A stretch of DNA of 64,000 nucleotides from Verrucomicrobiota bacterium (GCA_036128475.1 JAYYQI010000052.1:50065-114064), one strand, 5' to 3'; positions 1 to 10,727 are shown, counted from the first letter of the stretch. Numbers and translations: made by a program. Notes: a model not told the origin generated them from the sequence alone.

Positions 1-1025
1 CAAATCGAGGACATAAAGTAACCCACATATCAAGGAAATATGTAGGTTTGCCACATGAAGAATCAATTGGCGGCCTTAGGAATTTACGCATCAGTGGCTT
101 TGATCAACCATCTAGTATCGGTGGGATGAAATTATATGATTTGATTTATTCCCTTCGAGTTTTTCCTAGAATCCCACAATCCGATATAATCGTCACTAAC
201 ACGTTTTGGCTGCCAATGCTTTTATCAGGGACAAAAAAAGGGAAAGTATATGTGCATGTGCAAAGATTTCCCCGAAATCAGATGATTTTGTATAAGAGTG
301 CCGCTAGAATTCAAACAGTTTCAAAAATCATTCATAGGGAAATCCTTAGGCAAACTCCATCTGTTAGGAATATCGTTGGCCCCGTCATACATAACCCCTT
401 GCCTGCGGTTTTTAATCCTTTGGAAAAAATTGATTATCCTAGGGAGAAAGGGTCGATTCTTTATGTTGGAAGAATTCATCCTGAAAAAGGATTAGATCTT
501 TTTTTGGACTCATTTATTTCCATGAAAAAAAAATTTCCCAACAATTTGCAGTTAACTATCGTGGGACCATACCAATTTGATTCAGGAGGAGGAGGAGAAA
601 CTTATCTAAATATTCTTAAGGACAAAACGAGGCATTTTAAAAGGGAGATTCATTGGCAAGGAGCAATCTTTGATGATCATTCTTTGCGCGAACTTTATGC
701 TAAATCTGAATTTTTTGTCTACCCATCAATTGCGGACAAGGGCGAGGCTATGCCACTTGCTCCTTTGGAAGCAATGTCTGTTGGCTGCATTCCAATTTTA
801 AGTGATTTGGAATGCTTCAATGAATACATTGAAGAAAATATCAACGGACTGGTGTTTAAATCAAAACCACAACCTCGGCAAAACATAGATTATCTACTTG
901 AGCAAATTGTGAATGGAACCCTAAATTTATCCAAACTAAGTAAAAAAGCCCAGAAGAAGGCAGAGCAGTTTAGTTTATCGAGAATTGCTGATCAGTATAT
1001 CAATGATTTCAAATCATTAATTTAA
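1..1025 (+). CDS. Glycosyltransferase family 4 (GT-B), 5'-truncated by window edge
   Basis: ILYVGRIHPEKG and EAMPLAPLEAMSVG GT4 motifs. The frame is open upstream of the listed start (NRGHKVTHISRK from base 3). Confidence 0.85.
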   Translation, partial: NRGHKVTHISRKYVGLPHEESIGGLRNLRISGFDQPSSIGGMKLYDLIYSLRVFPRIPQSDIIVTNTFWLPMLLSGTKKGKVYVHVQRFPRNQMILYKSAARIQTVSKIIHREILRQTPSVRNIVGPVIHNPLPAVFNPLEKIDYPREKGSILYVGRIHPEKGLDLFLDSFISMKKKFPNNLQLTIVGPYQFDSGGGGETYLNILKDKTRHFKREIHWQGAIFDDHSLRELYAKSEFFVYPSIADKGEAMPLAPLEAMSVGCIPILSDLECFNEYIEENINGLVFKSKPQPRQNIDYLLEQIVNGTLNLSKLSKKAQKKAEQFSLSRIADQYINDFKSLI

Positions 1026-1085
1026 CTTTCTTCTTTACTATTAAATAGAAAAGAAATTTTGCGATAAACAGATAATAGCAAACAG

Positions 1086-1847
1086 TTATATTCTTACTTG
1101 AATACCTTGGGCTTTCATAGCCTCTTTTGCTTCTTGGATGGAAAATTCGCCAAAATGAAAAATACTTGCGGCCAGAACAGCACTGGCTTTACCTTGCAAG
1201 ATGCCTTCAGCCAGATGATGTAGTTTGCCTACTCCGCCAGATGCAATGACTGGTACATCGACCGCTTCGCTAATAGTTCTAGTTAAATCGATATCGTAGC
1301 CGTCCTTCGTACCGTCCCGATCCATACTGGTAAGCAAGATTTCTCCAGCTCCACGGCGAACGACTTCCCTTGCCCAAGCAGTTGCATCAAGTGTAGTAGG
1401 TTTGCGACCACCATGCGTGTATACAGCCCAGCGGTTTTCTCCAACGATACGTTTTGCATCAATTGCAACTACTATACATTGATTTCCAAATTGAGCAGAA
1501 GCTTGATCGAGAATCGCCGGATTTAGTATTGCGGCTGTATTGAGACTTACTTTGTCGGCTCCGCAAAGTAACATATTACGTATATCTTCGAGATTACGAA
1601 TGCCTCCACCAACCGTGACAGGCATGAAGCAAGAGGCTACGGTTTCCTCTACTACATTCCTCATGGTTTGCCTTTCATCGCTAGAGGCAGTGATGTCCAG
1701 GAAGACTAACTCATCTGCTCCTTGCATTTGATATGCTTTGGCAACTTCAACTGGATTACCAGCATCAATTAATTGTTGGAATTTTATTCCTTTAACAACA
1801 CGCCCAGCATCAACATCTAGGCAGGGGATTACCCGTGCGGAAAGCAT
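1086..1847 (-). CDS. hisF: Imidazole glycerol phosphate synthase cyclase subunit
   Basis: [45 protein letters not shown]-like motifs. Confidence 0.97.
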   Translation of the reverse strand: MLSARVIPCLDVDAGRVVKGIKFQQLIDAGNPVEVAKAYQMQGADELVFLDITASSDERQTMRNVVEETVASCFMPVTVGGGIRNLEDIRNMLLCGADKVSLNTAAILNPAILDQASAQFGNQCIVVAIDAKRIVGENRWAVYTHGGRKPTTLDATAWAREVVRRGAGEILLTSMDRDGTKDGYDIDLTRTISEAVDVPVIASGGVGKLHHLAEGILQGKASAVLAASIFHFGEFSIQEAKEAMKAQGIQVRI

Positions 1848-1877
1848 TTGGCAATGATGTTTGGATTTATGGTTGGC

Positions 1878-3638
1878 TTACTCGTCAGCGAATGCGACAT
1901 CAGGTTGGTATGTTAATACAAGTTTGTATTGTTGACCAGGTCGCATAATCAATGGATGTTCGCGAATTAAGAACTGAACATAATGAATATTTCCGGTGTA
2001 CGATTTATAGTCCGGATTATCAGTAACGGTTTCAAAAGAACTCCAATTTGCCTGAAAATCGTCGACTTCAACATTTGCTCGCAGACCCTGTTTCCCTTGG
2101 CGCAGAGATGTGCCAAGACGAAAAGTTTCATGCGGGGCACCTATTACCAATGCCAATCTCATTTTATCAAGTTGAATTTGATTTTTAACCTTGAAGGTAA
2201 ATTCCGATTTTATGGTACCTTCACCAAAAGTCCATTGAACTTGACAATTACCAATTCCAGGAACGATGTTTCCATCCGTTTTTACCAAATCAGGTTGATC
2301 AAACTTTAAGTACAAAGATTTTTTCAGCCCGATTCCCGTTACGCAATTTTTTCCACAGAATGAAGGTATCGTAATGATATCCCCAAAAGTGAGTTCAGGC
2401 AACATGACGGGTAAGTACTTATTGACAGGAGAATCGAAGATTCCTGAACAATGAGGATACGCCAAATTGTCAGATGTTAGGGATGAACCGGGGCCGATCA
2501 AAGGAAGTTGATATTGAACACCAATATTTTCATCACGATATAAAAAAAGCCCTTGTTCTTTTTTGTGAGATTTATCAAAAATTATAAACCTACCGGCAGT
2601 CTTGGAACGACTAGGGGGAGGTATGGCAAGTGAACCTCCAATAACCTTTGCCAATCTAGACCATTGGCACAAATATCTAACAGCATCGAAATTAGCCATC
2701 CGTGTCGTATGATTGGGTACGGTATTTCGTTCTTCGTCCCGAATCACTAAATCACCGTTTTCCTGATCGATATATGTGACAAAGAAAAATTGAAATAATC
2801 TCCTAAGGGTGTCTAGGTAGAGAGAAGTTTTTTCGGATGGGATCCAGTTGTCTCTCATTGCTTGCAGAATCAAGCTTATGCAATGAAGTTGTCCATAAGC
2901 CCCAACTGATCTTCCATAACTCCAACCCAGTCCGTCTTGTCTGGTTAAATCCGGAAGCAATTTCAAATATTTTTCTGCGAATGTGCGGAGCTTTGGAAGT
3001 TTGCGATCCTTAAGGTGAACATTTGCGTGAAGTTGAAGGGCTTGCCGAATGAAAATGAAGGAAAGTAATCCATAAATATCAAATACGCCACATTGAGAAT
3101 CAGGCTCGTCATTGAAGAAACCTGCACTGCTGTTTGTCTGAATTCTTTCTACAAACTTATCGATAACTTTTCCAGTATCGTCCTTTTTAGTAAGTCCAAA
3201 ACTAAATCTAGCAACGGACTTTGCTATGCTGAATGCTTGGAAATGATTTTTATGATCATCCCGAGCAAGTAAGCATTTGTCTAGTTGCTCACGAGTTGGG
3301 TCAAGCAATCTTTCCCAAACGGAGTTTCTTTCTTTAGAGGCCCCAAAGGAAAGCAAGCCCAATGCTGCATAAGCCATACCATTATCTAGTGCCTCATTAG
3401 TAAAGGCTTGCTGAGTAACGCATCTGGCCGTCAAGTCAAACAGATCAAAACCGTCCAGTTCAGTTTCTCCGGTTGCTCTAAAAAATTCCCCAATGGCCAA
3501 GGCTGCATGACCAGGTTCGTCTACTCGAACAAGTTCGCCTTTGCTCGGAACGACGGTACCGTCTTCATTGATATGCTTGATGTTGTTGCTTAGTAGTGCT
3601 CTAGCTAAATCCAAGCACTGGTCTGAAAAATTATACAT
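1878..3638 (-). CDS. Hypothetical protein (helical N-terminal part, beta-rich C-terminal part; weak resemblance to DUF2264-like proteins)
   Basis: 586-aa ORF co-oriented with rho and hisF; YGRS motif; no confident family. Confidence 0.6.
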   Translation of the reverse strand: MYNFSDQCLDLARALLSNNIKHINEDGTVVPSKGELVRVDEPGHAALAIGEFFRATGETELDGFDLFDLTARCVTQQAFTNEALDNGMAYAALGLLSFGASKERNSVWERLLDPTREQLDKCLLARDDHKNHFQAFSIAKSVARFSFGLTKKDDTGKVIDKFVERIQTNSSAGFFNDEPDSQCGVFDIYGLLSFIFIRQALQLHANVHLKDRKLPKLRTFAEKYLKLLPDLTRQDGLGWSYGRSVGAYGQLHCISLILQAMRDNWIPSEKTSLYLDTLRRLFQFFFVTYIDQENGDLVIRDEERNTVPNHTTRMANFDAVRYLCQWSRLAKVIGGSLAIPPPSRSKTAGRFIIFDKSHKKEQGLFLYRDENIGVQYQLPLIGPGSSLTSDNLAYPHCSGIFDSPVNKYLPVMLPELTFGDIITIPSFCGKNCVTGIGLKKSLYLKFDQPDLVKTDGNIVPGIGNCQVQWTFGEGTIKSEFTFKVKNQIQLDKMRLALVIGAPHETFRLGTSLRQGKQGLRANVEVDDFQANWSSFETVTDNPDYKSYTGNIHYVQFLIREHPLIMRPGQQYKLVLTYQPDVAFADE

Positions 3639-3708
3639 GTGCGACAGTAATAGGGAAAAACAATCGAAAAGCTAGAAAGTGTCTATTTTCGTGGGTTTTG
3701 TCAATTTG

Positions 3709-4845
3709 TTATGATGCATCGATGAGGTCGAGAAACTCTTGATTGGAAGATGTTTGACCCAATCGATCGAGGAGGCTTTCTGCAGCATCTATGATTTTCA
3801 TAGGAGCCATTGCTCGTCTAAGAAAAGAAATTTTTTCAAGTGATTTTGAATCTACTAAGTCTTCTTCCTTTCGAGTACCAGAGGAAGCGAGGTTGATCGC
3901 AGGCCAAAGTCTTAGTTCGGCAACCTTTCGATCAAGAATGATTTCACTATTTCCAGTCCCCTTAAATTCTTGAAAGATAAGCTCATCCATCTTCGAGCCT
4001 GTCTCAATAAGAGCCGTGGCGACAATTGTAAGCGACCCTGCTTCTTCGGAGTTTCTAGCCGAAGAAAATATTTGTCTTGGTTTTTCAAGTGCTCGAACAT
4101 CGAGACCACCAGTCATGGTACGTCCACTTTTCCCTGAATGTGCGTTGTATGCTCTGGATAATCGGGTGATGGAGTCCATTAATAACACAACATCTTTTTT
4201 GGATTCCACTAATCTTTTTGCTCTTTCAATGGCAAGTTCGGCAACCCGAAGATGACTCTTTACTTCTTCATCGTTGGAGGAAGCATAAATTTCAGCATCA
4301 ACGGTTCTTTTAAAATCTGTGACTTCCTCAGGTCTTTCGTCAATGAGCATGACCATGAGATGGCATTCGGGGTGGTTTTCTTCGATTCCCTTGGCGATAT
4401 CGTGTAAAATGGTTGTTTTACCTGCTCTGGGAGGAGCGACAATGAGTGCACGCTGCCCTTTTCCGATCGGGCAAAACATATCAAGTACTCTTGTGGTCAT
4501 TCTACCATCAGAAACTTCCAAATTGAGTTTGTCTTTCGGTTGAATGGTTGTGAGCTGATCAAAACGAAAAAGTTTTTTTCTTTCGTGAATGGGTAAACCA
4601 TCTACGGAATGAATGAATTGAACTTTTGGATTCGGCCGTTTTTTATCCGGATTTGCGTCAGCATATAATATGGAGCCTTTCTTAAGTTTGAATCTACGGA
4701 CTAGTTCTCTTGGAACAAAAGGATCCAATGGGGTTGTTTTGCCTCCGCGTTTTGGATCGAGCAAGGAACCTGTCTTGTTTTCACCAAGATCGAGTAAGCC
4801 CTCAACTTTTAAAAGTTCAGGAACCGTGTTGTCGGGTTCGCTCAT
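3709..4845 (-). CDS. rho: Transcription termination factor Rho (short form)
   Basis: PIGKGQR, APPRAGKT Walker A, LIDERPEEVTD, DSITRL, FKGTGNSE, SGTRKEE. Confidence 0.95.
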   Translation of the reverse strand: MSEPDNTVPELLKVEGLLDLGENKTGSLLDPKRGGKTTPLDPFVPRELVRRFKLKKGSILYADANPDKKRPNPKVQFIHSVDGLPIHERKKLFRFDQLTTIQPKDKLNLEVSDGRMTTRVLDMFCPIGKGQRALIVAPPRAGKTTILHDIAKGIEENHPECHLMVMLIDERPEEVTDFKRTVDAEIYASSNDEEVKSHLRVAELAIERAKRLVESKKDVVLLMDSITRLSRAYNAHSGKSGRTMTGGLDVRALEKPRQIFSSARNSEEAGSLTIVATALIETGSKMDELIFQEFKGTGNSEIILDRKVAELRLWPAINLASSGTRKEEDLVDSKSLEKISFLRRAMAPMKIIDAAESLLDRLGQTSSNQEFLDLIDAS

Positions 4846-4879
4846 ACAATTATCTTCAAATCGTTATCAATAAAAGCCC

Positions 4880-4913
4880 AAGGGGACAGAAAACTAAAAG
4901 GGGGGACATGAAA
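4880..4913 (-). repeat. Short imperfect direct repeat in the rho leader (C-rich on the rho mRNA strand)
   Basis: AAGGGGACAGAAAAC (4880-4894) and AAGGGGGACATGAAAC (4898-4913) on the + strand. Confidence 0.45.
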
Positions 4914-5028
4914 CGATGAAATTTGACATGTTAGTCTATCGCTTCTTGGACAATTACAAGATTACGATGCCAGTAAGTCAACAAAGTAAAGCAGAGACTT
5001 TCGAATTGATATCGTGCTTTAAAAAAAA

Positions 5029-6573
5029 TTGTCTATAAATGAGAAGTTAATGAAATCCTATTATCTTACCACCGCCATTGACTATGCGAATGGATCTCCC
5101 CATTTAGGGCATGCTTATGAGAAAGTGCTCGCTGATGTCATTGTTCGAACGCAGAAGGCTCTTGGCGTAGAATCTCATTTCCTTACTGGTTTGGATGAAC
5201 ATGGACAGAAAGTCCAACAAGGGGCACAAAAGGAAGGAGTTCAGCCTCAGGAAAGATGTGATCGAATAGCAAACGAATTTAAGCAATTGCTCAAAAGCTT
5301 AAATATATCCAATGACGATTATGTTAGAACCACGGAAACTAGACATAAGAATGTAGTATCCCATTTGCTCAAAGATCTCTACGAGAGGGAAGAGATTTAT
5401 CTTGCGGAATATAGCGGATTTTATTCCTTGCGGGCCGAACAATTTCTCCAGGAAAAAGATAAAATAAATGGCGAATGGCCCGAAATTTATGGAGAGGTTT
5501 CGGAAATTACTGAGAAGAATTACTTTTTCAAATTGAGTAAATATCAAGATTGGTTGCTTGAATATTTGCACAGTAACAAGGACTTTATTTTACCAAATCA
5601 TCGCCAAAATCAAGTTATAGAATTCCTCAAGGAACCCCTAAACGATCTTTGCATTTCTAGACCCAAATCTAGATTATCTTGGGGCATCCCCCTTCCTTTC
5701 GATAACGAATATGTAACTTATGTTTGGTTTGACGCATTGGTAAACTATGTCACGGGTGCTGGATTTGGCACGGAGAAATTCGATTTACATTGGCCTGCTG
5801 ACTTGCATGTAATTGGAAAGGATATACTGGCTCCACCTCATGCGATATACTGGCCGATTATGCTTAAGGCATGTAATTTGAGTTTACCCAAGCAAATTTT
5901 GGCTCATGGATGGTGGACGACCTCCGGAGCAAAAATGTCGAAAAGCACTGGAGAAACGGTGGATCCTCTCCAGTTGGCTGAAGATTATGGATCAGATTGC
6001 TTTCGCTATTTCTTGATGAGAGAAATGACTGTTGGTAAAGATGCGGAGTTTTCCATCGAAAGATTTGAATCAAGATACAGAGCTGATTTGGGTAATGATT
6101 TGGGTAATCTTGTGAGCCGGCTTCTTCATATGTGTCATTCGTATCTGGAAGGAGGGGTTTCAGAAGTTGGAGCCTTGGGTCAGCCGGAAGAAGACTTGGC
6201 CGAGCTATGGTTAAAGTCTCGGGATGTTGCATTAGAGCATTTTCAAAAACATCAATTCAGCCTGGGATTGGAATCCGTATTCAACTTCATTCGCTCAATT
6301 AATAAATATGCTGATTTGCGCCTTCCTTGGAAATTGGCCAAATCTCAAGATACAGATGACAGGCAAATGCTTAAAACCTGTCTTGCAACTATGGTGGAGG
6401 CTTTAAGGTTGGCCAATGCTCTCTTATATCCGGTTATGCCGGAAATTCATACTCTAATAAATGATAGGCTGGGCATTAATGGCAGTTCCAATTGGACCAC
6501 TGACTTAATTTGGGACCATCGCCTGACAGGTTCTCAGCTTAAAGAAAAGATTATTCTTTTTCCTCGGAAATAG
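5029..6573 (+). CDS. metG: Methionine--tRNA ligase (short form, no C-terminal tRNA-binding appendix); likely start ATG 5050
   Basis: HLGH and KMSKS class I motifs, GLDEHG, YVWFDAL, IGKDI. Confidence 0.96.
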   Translation: MSINEKLMKSYYLTTAIDYANGSPHLGHAYEKVLADVIVRTQKALGVESHFLTGLDEHGQKVQQGAQKEGVQPQERCDRIANEFKQLLKSLNISNDDYVRTTETRHKNVVSHLLKDLYEREEIYLAEYSGFYSLRAEQFLQEKDKINGEWPEIYGEVSEITEKNYFFKLSKYQDWLLEYLHSNKDFILPNHRQNQVIEFLKEPLNDLCISRPKSRLSWGIPLPFDNEYVTYVWFDALVNYVTGAGFGTEKFDLHWPADLHVIGKDILAPPHAIYWPIMLKACNLSLPKQILAHGWWTTSGAKMSKSTGETVDPLQLAEDYGSDCFRYFLMREMTVGKDAEFSIERFESRYRADLGNDLGNLVSRLLHMCHSYLEGGVSEVGALGQPEEDLAELWLKSRDVALEHFQKHQFSLGLESVFNFIRSINKYADLRLPWKLAKSQDTDDRQMLKTCLATMVEALRLANALLYPVMPEIHTLINDRLGINGSSNWTTDLIWDHRLTGSQLKEKIILFPRK

Positions 6574-7867
6574 TCTCTTGGGATATTTCCTCTTCCACAT
6601 ATTTAATCTCCATCCCAAGAACACGAGTCTCATCCGCTTCAGTGATCATTATTTCTAGGCCAAAAAGGCTTAATTTTTCACCTCGTGTCGGAATTCGGCC
6701 AATCTCTCGAGTAATCATTCCACCAATTGTGGCCATTTCGTCGTCTTTCAACTTTTGCTGAAGTTCTTGGGGCAATTCATGTACCGAAACTAGACCAGAA
6801 ATTTTCCATTTCTGTTTACTTATTGTTTCGATATTTTTTTCTTCAGCATCAAATTCATCCTGAATCTCGCCCACTACTTCTTCAAGTATATCCTCAAGGG
6901 TGATTACCCCATCTATGCCGCCAAATTCATCTCTCACTAAAGCCATGTGAACTTTTAATCGCATCATTCGCTTAAGAGCTACGGGTAAGGGCTCTTCTCC
7001 GGAAATGCTCGAAGGTGGCTTAGTAATTTTTCTCAGATCAAAACCTGATTCAAAAGAGGCCATTGATTTGAAAGCATACTTAACGTGAATGATACCAACG
7101 CAATGATCAAGATCCCCCTCGCAGAGTGGAATGCGGGTATGCCCACAAGATTTTGCAACTTCCAAATTATCTCCGAAAGGATGACTCGCGTCCAAAATTT
7201 GCACTAGATTTCTTGGGATCATGACATCTTTTACCTTTAATTGGCTCATCTCAAGGGTATTGCCCATGATTTCGATAACATTTGGATCTAGGTTTGCTGC
7301 CTCTCTTCCGATAGTTCTAATATGATCGGCAACTTCACTGGCTTCTTCTTGCTGGATGCTCTTGCGTTGGCTTGTTGACTGAAAAGACTTTTCTATAAAA
7401 GACAGAACTGAAGCAAGTGGTTTACAGATAAACTGAACCAAAATGACGACGGGTAAGCCAATCTTAAGATGAAGTTTCAAATGACTGGATTGCGAAATCT
7501 TTCTCGGATAAAGCCATGAGGATATCCGCTCAATAGCCACCGCACAAAATAAGATCAAAACATAGGACAAAGGATGCTCTGAGTAAGAGAACAAGTTTTC
7601 TGAAAAGGTGGCTAAAGTCACAAAGCCAAATAAAACTTGTATTGAAGAAAGAAGAGCAGCTTCCACATGAAACGGGCGTTCATGGTTGGGCACTTGGAGT
7701 CCTAGCCTGACTAGGCGTGTTACTCGGTCGGGTGCTTCCGGGGTAGCAACCAGTCCAGAACGAATGCGGTCAATAAATGTTCGAAAAATCCCAATATATG
7801 ATGTCCAAATGATAAGAATCACCCAGATTATTGATAAATATATTGCTTCTAGTTCTTCCAGAATCAT
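6551..7867 (-). CDS. HlyC/CorC (CNNM-like) CBS-domain transporter-associated protein
   Basis: N-terminal TM segments, VMIPR, HTRIP, VRDEFGG..G..TLEDILEEVVGEIQDEFD, C-terminal CorC domain. Confidence 0.9.
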   Translation of the reverse strand: MILEELEAIYLSIIWVILIIWTSYIGIFRTFIDRIRSGLVATPEAPDRVTRLVRLGLQVPNHERPFHVEAALLSSIQVLFGFVTLATFSENLFSYSEHPLSYVLILFCAVAIERISSWLYPRKISQSSHLKLHLKIGLPVVILVQFICKPLASVLSFIEKSFQSTSQRKSIQQEEASEVADHIRTIGREAANLDPNVIEIMGNTLEMSQLKVKDVMIPRNLVQILDASHPFGDNLEVAKSCGHTRIPLCEGDLDHCVGIIHVKYAFKSMASFESGFDLRKITKPPSSISGEEPLPVALKRMMRLKVHMALVRDEFGGIDGVITLEDILEEVVGEIQDEFDAEEKNIETISKQKWKISGLVSVHELPQELQQKLKDDEMATIGGMITREIGRIPTRGEKLSLFGLEIMITEADETRVLGMEIKYVEEEISQETISEEKE

Positions 7868-9009
7868 TTTTGGTGTGTCTTAGATTCTGAAAAATCCTTC
7901 AATGCATCGAGCACTTGCTCATTTTCATGTTCAGTACCAATAGAAATTCTCACATAATCCGAAAGTTCATCCGGTAATGGTCGTACAATAATACCTTTAG
8001 TTTGTAAATAATCTGATACTCTTTTCCCGTCACCCACTTTTGTAAGAATAAAATTGGCGGCACTCGAAACAAATTCAATTCCTAAACCGTGTAACCCTTT
8101 TTCCAAATGGCACATGCCGTCAAAGTTTCTTTTCCGACACTGTCTTACCCAACCTTGATCCTTCAATGCTGCAATAGCTGAGGCTTGAGCAATGGAGTTT
8201 ACATTGAAGGGTTGTCTGGCTTTTTGAAGAAGGTCTATCATTTCATCGGATGCGTAAGCATATCCAATGCGAAGACCAGCTAAGCCATAGATTTTCGAAA
8301 AAGTCCGCATGGCTATAATTTTTTTCCCTGAAGCCAAAAATGGAAGAAGATCAGGAGGATCTTCCAAATATTCGGCGTAAGCTTCGTCTAAACAGAAAAT
8401 TACATGATCCGGAAGTGCATTAATAAATTCGTAAATCTCGTGGTTGGTGTTTCGAGTTCCAGTTGGATTATTGGGGCTTGGAAGAAAAACGATTTTGGTC
8501 TTGGGGCCGATCGCCTTAAGAGCGAGGTCTAGGTCATGTTTCAAGTCTGGCATCTCTATTGCCACAGGAATTGCTCCCATTAGCAAAGCAATGAGCCGAT
8601 ATACGGAAAACGCATGAGTTCCAAAAACTACTTCATCTCCCGGATTAAGAAATACATGACCCAATAATTCGATAATTTCATTGGAACCGTTTCCCAGAAT
8701 GAATTGCGACGGTTGAAGAGAGAAATGCTTGGCCAACTCTTTTCGAAGGGCAGTTCCACTTCCTTCTGGGTATAGATGGACTTTTTCAAGGGCAATTTGT
8801 CCAGCTTTAATGGAATCTGGTGATGCTCCCCATGGATTCTCATTGGAAGCGAGCTTTATTATTTCTTTTAAGGCCAAGCCATTTTCCTCGGCAACATCTT
8901 CGATAGGCTTACCTGGGGTATAAGTGGGTTGTTCGAGAATGCGAGGATTCGCAAGTTGAGATAAATTCATCTTCATTGCTACGTTATTGTCTGTCGCATG
9001 GGACTTCAA
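7864..9009 (-). CDS. hisC: Histidinol-phosphate aminotransferase
   Basis: KLASNENP, GNGSNE, PNNPTG, DEAY, RTFSKIYGLAGLRIGY. Confidence 0.95.
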   Translation of the reverse strand: MKSHATDNNVAMKMNLSQLANPRILEQPTYTPGKPIEDVAEENGLALKEIIKLASNENPWGASPDSIKAGQIALEKVHLYPEGSGTALRKELAKHFSLQPSQFILGNGSNEIIELLGHVFLNPGDEVVFGTHAFSVYRLIALLMGAIPVAIEMPDLKHDLDLALKAIGPKTKIVFLPSPNNPTGTRNTNHEIYEFINALPDHVIFCLDEAYAEYLEDPPDLLPFLASGKKIIAMRTFSKIYGLAGLRIGYAYASDEMIDLLQKARQPFNVNSIAQASAIAALKDQGWVRQCRKRNFDGMCHLEKGLHGLGIEFVSSAANFILTKVGDGKRVSDYLQTKGIIVRPLPDELSDYVRISIGTEHENEQVLDALKDFSESKTHQK

Positions 9010-9069
9010 GTAAAAGCCGTTTTGGAAATCGCGTATTGAGAGAATTAAACAAAAGTCTATGATGTTGTT

Positions 9070-10017
9070 GTGAGAATTGCATTGTTTGGCGCCTCCGGAC
9101 TATTAGGTTGGGCAGTAAAAGCGCATATAGAACGTCGAGGTTATGAGGTTCATAATTTTTCTTGTACTCAAAAGTGTGCAAACCCTGAAAAATGGAATTT
9201 GGTTGATTTGTCCGAACCTGAGGCGTGCACAAGAGTACTACTCGATTTGTGGCCCGATGCCATTGTGAATTGTGCGGCGATTTCATCACCTGATTTTGTG
9301 AACCAAAACCCAGAGTACGCATGGAATATTAATGTTAATGGTGCTCAAAAGTTGGCTCAAATCGCTTCGCATTTGGGAGCAAGGTATATACATATTTCTA
9401 CAGACATGGTTTTTCCTGGACGGAAAGAACCCTATCGATCCACGGACCAACCTTCACCATTGAGCGAGTATGGCAGGCAAAAACTAGAAGCTGAAAAGAA
9501 GGTATTGTCTGTATCGGATGAAAATATTGTGGTTTTGCGAATAACCTTATTAAACGGCAATAGTCCTCAGGGAAATCGAAGTCCGCATGAAAGAATTTTG
9601 GGCGCCTTGAGGAAAAATGCTCCTGTTGTTCTGTTTGATGATGAATATAGGCAACCATGTTCTACTCACGAAGTTGCCTCGGTTATTTTGGAATTATTGG
9701 AACGGCCTAACCTAAATGGTCTTTTTCATTGGGCTGGAAGCGAGCTTATCACAAGATATGAATTGGGGTTAAGAATCCTAAAAAAGTTTGGTTTCGATCA
9801 TAAAAAAATTACAAGAGCATCTCTTGAAAGCGAAGTCGAGAGAGTGGGTAATCGACCAGCCTGTCTTGCGTTTGAACTTCAACCCTTAAGGGGGAAACTA
9901 AAAACCGAACCTGAAAGCATCGAATCTCAACTGAGCTCTTTGCAGGTGCCTGCGAGTCTTTATTCTTGGTTCCGGGAAAATGTTGATTATCCCGGAGTGT
10001 ATGTGTTGCGCATTTGA
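9070..10017 (+). CDS. dTDP-4-dehydrorhamnose reductase (RmlD)-like SDR
   Basis: GASGLLG, VNCAA, HISTDMVF, YGRQK (YxxxK). Confidence 0.85.
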   Translation: MRIALFGASGLLGWAVKAHIERRGYEVHNFSCTQKCANPEKWNLVDLSEPEACTRVLLDLWPDAIVNCAAISSPDFVNQNPEYAWNINVNGAQKLAQIASHLGARYIHISTDMVFPGRKEPYRSTDQPSPLSEYGRQKLEAEKKVLSVSDENIVVLRITLLNGNSPQGNRSPHERILGALRKNAPVVLFDDEYRQPCSTHEVASVILELLERPNLNGLFHWAGSELITRYELGLRILKKFGFDHKKITRASLESEVERVGNRPACLAFELQPLRGKLKTEPESIESQLSSLQVPASLYSWFRENVDYPGVYVLRI

Positions 10018-10727
10018 ATTTTACAATGAGTGTGCAATGTTTTTCTTCAAAATGCGAATCAGGCGTCATGAACATGGCCACAGATTGGTGGTTGTTCGAA
10101 AACGCCAAGGTTCCCAGCTTTCGACACTACCAGTGGAAACAGGTAGAAACTAGCTTTGGGTATGGGCAAGATTGGCAGTGGGTTGCTAAGCAAACAAACA
10201 TTCCAGTTCATGATTTGATACGACGCCCCACTGGAGGAGGTATCGTTAGGCACGGGTATGATTGGACATATTGCTTGGTTCTCCCCAAAAGCCACCAATC
10301 ATTTTCTATCCCTCCTCGCACGCTATATAAGGAATTGCACAACTCCATTGGCAAAGGCTTGGAGAGTCAAGGCGTTCAGACTGTATTACAACCCTGTGGG
10401 GAAAATAAAAAAGCAGCCATACCCGGGGATTGTTTTTTGGAACCCGTGAGTTGGGATTTGATGGATAGTGAGGCTTGCACAAAGATTGCAGGTGCGGCTA
10501 TGAAAAGAACTCGAAATGGAGTATTGGTTCAGGGAACGGTCGATTTACGGCAAAAATGGTCCATAAATAAAGAATTGTTTTTGGAAGATATAATTAAGGA
10601 AGTTGCACATTTACTCGATGAATCTCCAGAAATAAGGGAATGGCCCAAAGAACTATCTAGCCTTCGGGAAGGATTTGTGAGTGTTTTTTCTAGTATTGAG
10701 TGGAAGCGGGAAAGGAGAAAAATCTAG
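10014..10727 (+). CDS. Lipoate-protein ligase family (LipM/LipL-like octanoyltransferase)
   Basis: NMATD, RRPTGGG, CF..P..D, KIAGAA. Confidence 0.85.
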   Translation: MNFTMSVQCFSSKCESGVMNMATDWWLFENAKVPSFRHYQWKQVETSFGYGQDWQWVAKQTNIPVHDLIRRPTGGGIVRHGYDWTYCLVLPKSHQSFSIPPRTLYKELHNSIGKGLESQGVQTVLQPCGENKKAAIPGDCFLEPVSWDLMDSEACTKIAGAAMKRTRNGVLVQGTVDLRQKWSINKELFLEDIIKEVAHLLDESPEIREWPKELSSLREGFVSVFSSIEWKRERRKI

